Origin: Phallusia mammillata
Taxonomy: Eukaryota
Length of the DNA stretch: 64,000 nucleotides
NCBI GenBank assembly: GCA_965637545.1
Contig: OZ281500.1
Span: 6,138,001-6,202,000 of the forward strand
Direction of reading: 5' to 3'
Shown here: piece after piece, positions 36,987 to 48,000 of the stretch
How positions within the stretch are numbered: the first letter of the stretch is position 1
Layout of the letters: each line of letters begins with the position of its first letter
Program-made: the position numbers and the translations under genes
The notes under the pieces: generated by a model
The model's database searches: none
What the model was told of the DNA's origin: nothing
Seen by the model: the letters and a program-made list of their open reading frames with translations, nothing else

Positions 36987-39900
36987 ATGAAGGATTCAAC
37001 ACAAAACAGCGGCTCGTTTGAGCTCAAAAAACGGATTGGACTTTGGGGAGGCGTAGCATTGACAACAGGCGCTGTAGTAGGAACTGGTATTTTCGTTTCT
37101 CCAGTCGGTGTCTTACGATCAGTTCAAGGAAGCATTGGACTCAGTCTTGTTATATGGGTCGTTTGCGGATTAATTGCAATTCTATCTGCTCTATGTTACT
37201 GTGAGCTGGGTACTACGTTTGGTGCATCTGGTGGCGATTTTAACAACTTCAATTTGGCGTACGGGCCTGTAGTTGCTTTCATGTACGCTTGGACCAACTT
37301 TATGGTCCTTTTGGGCGGAGCGGCGAGCGCTCAAATCTTTTCACGCTACCTGGTATCCCCGTTTTACGGCGAGGGCTGCGTACCTGCCGAAAGCGTAATC
37401 AAGATTTTCGCCGCTGTTCTTCTTATGGTCATCGGTTACATTAATTGCAAAAGTGTCAAAGTGTCCGTAAAAGTTGAAATCGCATTTGCCGTGGCAAAGT
37501 TTCTTGCTATGCTTATCATTGGAGTCGGTGGCATAGTTTCCCTGATAAGAGGAAACTCAACGGGATTGTATAATTTCGAAACAGCTTTCTCGTCTCAATC
37601 CATGAAAAGCATTACCGCGTCCCATATCGGACAGGCTTGCTACCAAGGCTTGTTTCCCTATAACGGTTGGAGTGTCCTCACTACTGTTACCGAGGAAATC
37701 AGAGATATGAAACGGAACCTGCCTCGCGCTTGCATTATTTCGGTGACGGTTGTGATAGCGATGTACTTGTTGGTGAACGTGGGTTATTTCTCCGGTAAGA
37801 CTTTCTGTTGTTTTACAACGTTGAAATAAGCAAAATATGCGCTAATGGCTATGCTGGGGCAAAAATAATTTGTGAATTAAAAGTTAAGGAAGCACTGTGT
37901 TAAATACTTAGCCTAAATCTTTATGTTTTTCTTGTATTTGGTAAGTGTTTATTACCTACATTGTAGTGCTTTCTGTGGACGAGATGCTTACGACAAAGGC
38001 TGTCGGCGTGGTTTTCGCAAACAAGATTTTAGGACCAATAGCTTGGTTTGTGCCTCTTGCTGTTTGTCTGTCGACGATTGGAAACTTAAATGGGGCATAC
38101 TTGTCTGTTGCTCGTTCACCGTTTGTCGCTGCTAGGGCGGGTCTGATGCCTAAGGTAAGTCCAACATTTTATACAAGTATGTATAGTGTAGCCCCCGTAA
38201 TTTATTAAAAAATCTGTGCAGCCTGCGATCTGCAACGACCATTACACTAAGGTTTTCTAATTTGTGTCGAACACAACAATGCCTGATGGCGAAAACAAAA
38301 CCATCTTCTGTTGCACAACATTGGTTCTTTGTTTAAAGCAGTGGTTCTCAACTGGTGGTCCATAATGACTCTTTGGTGGCCCACAGGACGTCCACTTAAA
38401 TTTGGTGATAAGCTAGAGATGATTGTTAGCTGTTAATAATTGTATCTCACTTAATCTTGATCGGTTTAAAGAATTATCATATTTAAGCCAAAATAGTTGT
38501 TTTGTATATGCGTACTTCAATCTTGCTCAAAAAAGAAATGGTCTATGATACTATTTTTACTGGGCCGGTGGTCCATGGCCCGAACGAGTTGAGAACCACT
38601 GGTTTAAGGGAACAGAAAAGTCTAGTAATATACACACACAAAAAGGCCCACAAACTTTCCCAAAGAATGTGACGTTAAGAAATTCATTACCTCTTAAGAC
38701 TTGAATCGTACACAAATATTATCACGACATTATTTTAATACAATTACACAATCAGTATACGTACCAACTTGTTATAGGAGTCCAGGTTATACTGCAGGCA
38801 CTTTGACGGACGTTTTAGCATTTTAAGTCACTTGTAGCATTCATATTTTTATAGCTGCACATAACACACTGTAATTTTAACACATAATATTTCCAAACCC
38901 ACCAAGTTCAACCACAAACAACGACAACTGAACGAACCGCATCCAGCACAAAAAGAAACTGTAAAACGTGGTCTGCACAAGATTGCACCACTGATGACAT
39001 AATACGCCTTGTTTGTTACGTTGGAGATTTCTCTACCAATCATGGCGGCACGGGCTTTGTTACGTCATAGTAAATAAAGTCAGTTAATTGGCGTGAAACA
39101 GAAAAAGGGATAGAAAACATACATACACAAGCAAATTCTCGCTGTAACATATAGGTTACGATTTGCGTCAAAAACTACATTCACTTTAAATGCCACTGGT
39201 AATTCAATTTCGTGCATGTCTTTAGCCAAGTCCGTTTGCTGATTAACACAACAGCAGTGCCAAATTTGTGACCCTAGCTGGTTATACCACCATTGTCAAA
39301 GTTTATACTGTAATACTTATTTAAATTAATGTAAAAGCATAGAGCCAATAAGTGATAAGCTGCAGACAGTGCACACTGTTCTCGTCACCAGCTGCACTGA
39401 TGAGACCTTATAGGTCGAAACAGTGTGCACTGTCTGCAGCTTATTATTTAAATTAGTTCCACAACATTATATTTTCTGTAACCTACTTTTGCTTAAAACT
39501 ATGCCCTGTAAATGCAAATTGGTTTAATTTTCCGGCACAAGTCTCTGACAGAAATAAACTGGGTCAGTTTATAACTTAAAAACTGCGGGCCCATAGCCTA
39601 CTGGTTTTTCTAGTTTAATGTAAGCAAACACAGGTCAACGAATTGTTCCTTAGATTCTGTCGATGATCCATGTTGAGTATTACACCCCCGCTCCAGCAAT
39701 CATTACAAACTGCGTGGTGACTGCAATTTACGTTTGCATTGGCGACTTCGACACATTAATATATGCATTCGGCTTTACATCGTGGGTGTTCTATGGTTTA
39801 AGTGCGGGAAGTGTGTTGATACTTCGTTGGAAGATGCCAAATCTTCCACGCCCCTATAAGGTAGGCTGGCATTAAAAACATAATATTGATTTTGTGTTAT

Positions 39901-40183
39901 TTGTAATTTTTTATAATTTCTATAGGTGCCGTGGCCTATTCCAGTCCTTGTATGCATAATTGCTGGGGCACTGATCGTCGCACCCTTCTTGGAACACCCT
40001 GATCCTGTTTACTTTTGGGCTTTGGGTTTCTACGCTGCCACACTGCTTGGGTATTTCGTATTCATCGCAAGGAAAGTTCGAATTTCTTGTTTGCAAAAGG
40101 TGTATGTTTTTCTACAAAAGTTGCTGCAAGTTGCTGAAACCGACTTCCAAGGTTACGCGTACCAGCGCAAGAGTGAAGGATAA
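36987..40183 (+). CDS. SLC7 light chain, copy D, intact, 486 aa
   Basis: Exons 36987-37794, 37967-38154, 39654-39860, 39926-40183; in frame. Motifs VVGTGIF, GEGCVPA, FPYNGW. Confidence 0.95.
38339..38601. mobile_element. hAT Charlie/Buster-like MITE in D intron 2 (263 bp)
   Basis: TIR CAGTGGTTCTCAACT / AGTTGAGAACCACTG; TSD GTTTAAAG / GTTTAAGG (7 of 8 match). Confidence 0.9.
39390..39441 (+). ncRNA. Type I hammerhead ribozyme (self-cleaving RNA motif) in D intron 2
   Basis: Stem I AGCTGCA (39390-39396) / TGCAGCT (39435-39441); core CTGATGA (39397-39403); stem II GACC/GGTC; GAAA (39417-39420); stem III ACAGT-gtgc-ACTGT; GUC cleavage triplet, predicted cut between 39434 and 39435. Confidence 0.88.
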
Positions 40184-41020
40184 TGAATATTTTCTGCGAG
40201 ACAATTTGCGACTATACTTTTTGTCGACATTGTACATTTTGTAGAGTTTTGTGCAAATACTAGCCAACTTACTTTCGACAAGGAAAAACGTATGCTTGTA
40301 CGAAAATAATCTATTTTTTGAGCCATAGGGTTGGTAGATGAGGTTAAGTTTTAATAAGTAAAACTTGCCTTCCATAATATGAAAGAACACAATGTATCGT
40401 ACACACTGTCGGTGCGGATTATTTAAATGTTAAAGTACTGCCGCTGGACGACGCCATTGCACCTTTGGGAGGCGGTCGCGACAGACGCTACCTCCTTTTT
40501 TCTTTTGTTTTGAAATGTAAATATGTGCACATGGAGTTTTTATCGAGCGAGGTTTGTGTTGTAAGTTTACTTACTTCAGCTTGTGCTTTACATATTTTAA
40601 GCTCATGCCAATGTGGTACCTGTGTTTGTCAGTGGCACAGGGTAGGTTAGTGAGCAGACTTTTACATTATATGACAGTTTATCAGAGAGGCATACACTCT
40701 TTGATGGATGTAGTTAATAATAATGCAAGAAATAACGCCAGCATTTAAACACACTGTTGGCATAGCATGGAAGTACAGCTTGTTGTTAAAAATGATGACT
40801 TAAAAAGCTTTGAACTTTGATTTCAAGAAAGAAAAAAAACGTTTGGTAAGACACATTGCTAGCAACATAATTAAGCCAGAATTGATCTAGACTTTTCATT
40901 TATTTTTGTTGAATTTTTATCTTTTTTTAATTGTTGTGGGGGGTAAAAACCAGGAAGTGTTTGATAAATCACCCATGGCAAGTTGCTGACACAAAGACAA
41001 TTTTTGGCAACAATGAAAGA

Positions 41021-44000
41021 ATGCCATCACATTTCTACCTCAAAATGTCCAAAACTGGGACACTAGGATTATTCGCTGCCTATTTGGAGTATTGTGCTGT
41101 AATATTCTTACTACAAGGTTTAAACCAAGCTCATGCCCAGACAATACAGCACACATTTTCGGTTAATGAAAATGCAACTATTGGCACTGAGGTTGGAAGA
41201 CTATCAGAGACTGGAGGGAATTTTATCCTGACAAGCTCTTCTGAATCTCCATTTCGGAACTTTTTTGATGATGTTCGGCTTGAGGCTGAAGGAATAATTA
41301 TAACTAATGCAGAGTTGGACCATGAAGTTAATCAACTTTTTGATGCCTCTGTGGTGAACGTTGAAACCAACACCTACTATCAGGTACTGTATAATACTTT
41401 TCCAGGTTTAGACCTTATACATGCACAAATTTTAAATTCCATTTTTTTTTTGTTCTGACAGGTTGAAATTATTGTGGTTGACATCAACGACAATGGTCCA
41501 GAATTTTCAAGAGAAGTCATTACCCTAAATATTTCTGAGGCTACAGAAACTGGTTCTAAATATCATTTAGGATCAGCCACAGATGCAGATTCAAGTCCCT
41601 TCAATGTTCAGGGATATAAAATTACCAGTGGCAACACCGGGGATGCTTTTTATGTCAAAAACAGGACAATCAATCAACAAGTCTTTGCAGATTTAGTTGT
41701 GAACAAATCTTTGAACAGAGAAGTTACACCACAGTACTCATTATATATTGAAGCTTTTGATGGTGATAATCCACCAAAATCTGGAAATGTTGTTGTCAAT
41801 GTCAATATACTTGATGACAATGACAATGCACCCACATTTGATTTCACCAGATATACTGTCTCAATATCAGAGGCTACAGGGGTTGGTGAAGATATAATAA
41901 CACTAAATGCCTCAGATATTGATGAGGGAGTCAACAAGGAGATAAGATACCATATTGATAGAACACAAAGTGATCCAGACTTTTTGTTCGATGTGGATGC
42001 AAAAACTGGAAGGATTTACCTCGCCAAGAAATTGGATTATGAAACAAAGATTCAACACAAAATTATTTTGGTGGCAGTGGATGGGGGTGCAGAACCACAA
42101 ATGGGTTCAACAGTAATTATTGTGGACGTAGAGGATGTAAATGATAACAAACCAAGCATAAATGTAATCTTCCTGGAGAATGACAAAGCAGAGGTATAGT
42201 AGGCTTCAGTTGTTAACTGAATATTTTGGGTGATCTAACTAAGCTATTTTTACACAGGTGTCAGAGGCGGCGGAAGTTGGAGATTACATTGCAAGGGTTT
42301 CTTTATCCGATCCCGACCTGGGCGAAATCTCTGAATTTAACGTAACCCTTCAGGGCGGCGACGGAAAGTAAGTCGATCGCGGCGCATATTTCTGTGTTGC
42401 CACGTGCAACAATACACTCCGGGCGGCGCGAACCCAAAACGCACGGGTCACTGTGAAAAACTCTTTCCTAGCCTGTTGCTAATTTGCACAATTACGCAGG
42501 TTTGGCGTGCAGAGCGACAGCGGCATCATATACCTGGTGTGCGTCGAAGGGGCCCTGGACCGTGAAACGCAAGACTCCTATCACCTTACACTGAACGCGA
42601 CGGACCTGGGCAGGTATGTGAGCGCATAATCCGTGCACAATCGCCTTGTGGTGAAACATCACGCTCATTGTCGTGCCATCTAAAGCGAGACACGATCGCG
42701 CAATTATCCTTATATACGCGGTTTTATTTCCATGTGATCTAAAAACCTAATCCCTCACATCAAATTATATGTCAAATTTGTAATATGATGCAGCCTTTAC
42801 ACATCCAAATCCTATCGGTATTTTCCTCATAATTACGCCCCAACGTTGCGTATTCATCATAAGCGTTGTATATTTTTTCATTTTTCACTAGTTAAATTTA
42901 CTCAACTTATCTCAATTTGTTATAGCCCACCTCAAGTAGCTAGCGTTTCGTTTACCGTGACGATAACGGATTTTAACGACAACCCACCCGAATTCGAAGA
43001 CCAGCTGTACGAGCGTGAACTTTCTGAGGAAGCCTTCCCAGGTGAGCTTACACTGGGTTGTACACTGTATTCTTGCAGTGTATAAGGCCTTTAGGGAATT
43101 GTTGCAAAGTATACAGAAGATTAACGACAGTTACTGTCATCCAGGCCTATTTGTAACGCTTGCATTTCAGTTCTTATTTTTTGTTTCTCCAAACAAAGTC
43201 AGAATCCCTTGCCGATGCTTTTGTGCGGCATGGCTGCACTAATCTTGTTTGTATAAAAACTCGCAACATCGACCCAAAGCCCCTGTGTACACTCGTGTAT
43301 TCGCACGTAAATCCAGTTCTGTTGACAGGAACCTTCGTCATTCAGCTAGAGGCCACCGACCGCGATCTGGGTTCGAACGCCGAGGTCACTTACCGATTCC
43401 ACACATCGGAACAAAGCGATTGGTTTGACATCAACGAGGACTCAGGCCTTATTACAACCGCGTATGTATCCACTTTATAGTATTTAGCTCTTGGCCAACG
43501 CTAGTATGTTAAACACGCGCGATACTGGTTGGCACAATCAAGGTCCCAAGTGGCTTGAGGTCTTTGTCAACTTGTGACACCGATTACTCCCTTTGGCTCG
43601 CATCGCAAGTAGGCAAACCGCTTTAAACGTGAAATTTCGTGTATATCGGATCTTTTAACCTTGCCATGCAGTACCCGGTACCCCTGTTTACATTTACTGA
43701 TAAAAAAAGTAGTTTGGTAACTGGTTGTTCGCACCATAAAGGCAGAGTTAACTCTAAGAAAATTGTGATAAGCATGTAGCGTAGATTCAAATAAAAAACC
43801 TGCGGGTAAAAGTCATTAAATCTTGATTTTAAATATGAATGATATGTATTGGCATCCTCACTGCATTGTATTTTTCTGTTAATAATTTTACCACACCTGT
43901 ACCTTACTGTAAAAAAACGCGAAGATTGGATTAAGCCACGCTAATAGTTTCCGTTCATCTTGGTGTTACTGGGTCGGGTCGGTTTCTCCAATGCCCTCCT

Positions 44001-45015
44001 GAAATTGACCCAACCTGTCTTTGTATATACCGTCTTTGAAGTCGATCGGAGCTGTTGGAGAAAGTACAAATTTGACAGACAACCGTTGAACATTGGCCTT
44101 TCGACAAATACGAAATATCCGCGAAGTGTTATTGCTTTTTCGGCCAGTATTGGAAGTGTTAAGGCTGAAAGCTTTGATCTGGCCGATTTGCAACAGGTTC
44201 TTAGGCCGTCGCCGATCCGCCTTGCATTTCAAAAGGGATAAATCAAATTATGGCGCAAGGGGTTAGGGCAGAAATCGAACAGAAGCTGTATGTTGCATGT
44301 AATCCAGCGAAACTGGCAGCGAATAAATTTAATTTACGTGGTGCGCGTGAATATGAACAGAGTTTAATCATTTATGCGCACTTTCACATATAGTGTTGTT
44401 GCGTAAATGATAAATATTTCAGGCTGTGGCTAAACACGCACCATCAAAATGAAATAGTTGAAAGGGGAGAGCTTAATGATCGACTTTTTGTCATGATGGG
44501 TTCCCTCTATCCAGCTTTTGTTATCTGTTTTCGTGATATCTTCCCAAACCATCACTCGTATTTACAATAATTTAAATGCTATTGGGAGGTCTACGTCATT
44601 ATAAAACCAAATTCTTTACACCAGTTATTTTAAAACAAAAACAAGCAAGCAATTGGCGGCCGCTGGTGAAATATTATGCGGCCCCATAAGATTAAGAACT
44701 TTTGAATGCGGCCCTTGCACTGAAAAGTTTGCCCACCCCTGTTATAGAGTATATAGACAACAATTGTAGCATTTAGATCAGCTTTTTGACTAATCATGCT
44801 TTGATTTGCGTAAAAGGTTGAATCTGAACCATGACGTTGCTTCTGAAGTTCGATTGGTGGTCATCGCCACTGACAAAGGAATTCCACCACTTTCTTCCAA
44901 CACAACCCTATTGGTTCGGATTATGGATACTTTCGACCGGGCCCCGGAATTTGAAAAATCATCCTACAGCGTTTCAGTACGGGAAGATAGCGTCAACGGG
45001 ACATGTTTCTTTCAG
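41021..45015 (+). CDS. DCHS1: Dachsous protocadherin (DCHS1/DCHS2-type), coding exons 1-7 (signal peptide, EC1 to start of EC6)
   Basis: Exons 41021 (or 41045)-41383, 41462-42193, 42258-42367, 42500-42613, 42926-43041, 43329-43461, 44817-45015, with consistent intron phases. DxNDN linkers. Dachsous-diagnostic stretches INVIFL...VSEAA...IYLVCV...LDRE and ...GTCFFQ match recalled human DCHS1. Confidence 0.92.
44680..44741. mobile_element. Isolated right end of a hAT MITE in Dachsous intron 6
   Basis: GCGGCCC...AAGTTTGCCCACCCCTG is the same TIR type as the end at 16877; no left end found. Confidence 0.6.
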
Positions 45016-48000
45016 GTATGTTTGTCCCAGGTTGCGTTGTGTGATTTTGATTTGTATAGGTATGTTATAAAACGGATTTGTTTGTTTTTTAACTAGGATG
45101 TATTTGCATTTCATTTTGCCGATTGAGATCAGTCCAAAACGATCAGTTTATGTCATAAGACACCTCAAAAAGGAGATGTAGCTCTTACAGTGAAATCGGT
45201 TTAATTGCGTTGCCCAAGCGATTAGATGGGGTGATCAAGGCTAAAGCTTTTTCGCAAGCTGATTGATTTCTGTACGGTGCCGGGTTCGTAGGTTATATAT
45301 TCCCGTGTGATGACTACGCCTGTCGCTCCGTATCGAACGTAAGTGTATTAAAAGCTGCATTATAAAGCGAGCCGCCGCGGGACCGGTTCGTCGCTCTCTT
45401 ATCTTTATTTTACGCGACTGCGAGTTGAGATGACGCGCTCAATACGCGTTTTAGTGACAGATCGATCTACGAACTATTGCGACGCGCTTAATTCCAAGTG
45501 CTTTTGATTGCTCCCGTACCGTTCGCCAATAAATCAGTTTCCGTTATTTTGCGCTGCCTTGTGACAGCCAAGCTGTTTAGCCACACGCTATATCCATCAC
45601 TTTACGGTGTGATATCCATAACTGCGCGAGCACGGTTTCGTATTTCGTGTTGTAAACGAACAACGGCCTTGACCTGCCAGGCGCGGCATGGAATAGTTGT
45701 ACAGTGCCACGCTTGTCAAGGTATGACACTGCAAACGCGAAAATGGCAGCCTCTGACCTCTCCACAGCAAAACCTGTCAACCGCTGAAGTTATTTTACCC
45801 GTAGAAAATACCTGTTTCAACCGCGTTGGTATAACTCATGTGTATTCTTTGCCCTCATTAGCTGATGGTATTGTTTTCAAATCTATACGTTATAGGTAGG
45901 ACACGAACACATGTTGGTTCAATTGAAATACGTGTCTGTATATTTTTGGTGTGTGCAGCTGTCGTAAATTCAGATGAAGAAGCCGTTTTCCGGTCATAAA
46001 ACTTTGATGTCTCAAATTAAAGCCATTACCAGAATTTATGGGCGTCGTGTATATTGCAGACTGTCCAAGAGCAAATTTTGAACCTGACATGCTTTGAAAT
46101 ATTGTTCCGTTGCCCGGTTTTTGGACCTACAGCAAAGCAGGCGTTTCCCGGAACGACGACACTATATCGCAGTTGAATTAAAAACCTGTGATTTATGAAG
46201 CTAGGCCTGGAGCACGCGCGCCCCCTCGCCGTATAACGAACATTTGGCCCGCTGTAGTCGCTCGATCCGCAATCGCAAACATTCCTGGGTACACAGGCCA
46301 GTGTTTGAGTGCAAACAAATGAGCAGGTAACCCCGCTTCGCTTATCGACGTCGGTCCGATGCTTGTGGCCGTTTCCTGTCCTGCTCTGGGCAAATAAATG
46401 TGCCCGGCCCTTGGGTTGACGTCCCACGGAGCCCAGTGATGAATGCGAATTGTTCATTTCCCTGGAATTTTGGTTTATTGTCCGCCATGTCTCTTTATGT
46501 GTGCTCAACGGAGGTGGGTTCTGTGCGAGCGTTTTATCGTAAACGTCCTCCTAATTTATGAGTTTCGTTTCCGCTTGTTGTCTACATACGGAATATATTA
46601 TCACAAAAACTTTTTGAGTACCTTAACGTTACCTACTGGAGCGTGTCTTGTAATTAGGCCACAAGAATGTGTTTCGCAATCTAGCGTCCAAGCTTGCAAT
46701 TGTTGTCGGTGTCCAGCGAATCGCCCAAGGTCAATCGCAACGCATTCCTCTAGTGTTCGACCCAAGCATTGCGCTTTCGAAATCTCCCTGTTCGTTTACA
46801 TTTGCTGAAGAGATTTGTTTACATTTGCGGTGGTCCTCAGACACTGTCCGCGTTTCGCTGTTACGCCCTTCCAATCCCTTTGTCGCCAGCTTCTATTAAT
46901 GAACTGACCCTTGAAGAAACAAACAAGCTGATTGTCAATAGCGTCTGAAGTCTGGGGGTGGCAAAGGGATAACCGTGTGAAATTTAGAGTGTTGCTATTT
47001 CTAATGTGAAAATGGTGACAAACAAGACCTTTTGTAGCGATTTTTTTCACATTGCAACTATTCATCATTACTAAATTGAGAGTGATTATTCTGAACAGTA
47101 TCTGACCATCAAACATATTCTATTTAAATAGGGAACTGATGATACCAATTAGGCTATTTGTTCGAAACATATTCATTGACTGATTCTGTTACTAGGAAAT
47201 TAGTCTCAGTTACCATTTCTAACACTGAAACTCTGTGTATTGACCTACATTTAGTAGCGTTGGATGTCGATTTTCTTTAGATTGGCGCTGAACAAATGGA
47301 CGTACGTAGTTTTCCATTAGGCCAACAAATCCTGTCGAATCCCTGTTCGATCGAAAGCTATTCAGATGACACGTTCCGGGGATCTGCAGCATACTGTGCG
47401 TTTGCTCAATATGTTTGATCGGCCGTCAATGGTTTGTTTGTCAAACGGGCCTGGGAAAAGTGTGTGGGTCGTCGAAAACCGATTGAAGATAGCGCCTTAT
47501 GTTGGGGCATAAGTTATGTGAACAGGGTTTCGCACTTTGCCAGAGTACCGCAAACGGCACCTTAATTTAATTGTCCAAACTGTACTGACGAAGGTTGTGT
47601 CCACATCCGGCGATGTATTAACGCTTAACAAAGCTGGAAAATGCCGTCGGCCCCGCAAACCCGGCATTACCGAATCACACGACCTATAATTTTCGTGTCG
47701 TTTCTTCTCAAATGCTCACTGGGTTCGCTGAAGGCCGGTGCGCGGTTGATATTGAATGGTTCTCTAATCTAATCCACACTCGAAACGTGAACTTTTCGTC
47801 TTTTAGAGTCAAAATTATTTTGCCAAGTTGTAAGTGTTTGGTTATTTGAAGAAACTTTAAACACGATTTTTGACACGTTTTTTTCAGCGGCAAGCTCATG
47901 CTTGAAGTATACGCTAGAATGGTTGGATTTGTGCGGTTAGAATGCACCAAAAGTGCGTACGCGGTTATAAATTTTGCGAAGGTTCAAGTAGGTTATGTGT

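Noticed and set aside
40184-41020. SLC7-D and dachsous as an operon
   Set aside because: About 840 bp separate them, leaving room for an independent promoter; no direct evidence of co-transcription.
7410-41937. Many 60-145 aa antisense or alternative-frame ORFs over SLC7 and Dachsous exons (e.g. 7410-7625, 10565-10819, 22739-22987, 41674-41937)
   Set aside because: Shadows of the real coding frames; they recur only because the genes are duplicated.
47117-47131. ATTCTATTTAAATAG resembling the recalled ascidian spliced leader
   Set aside because: Mismatched, no following GT donor or Sm site, and explained by an AT-rich palindrome.
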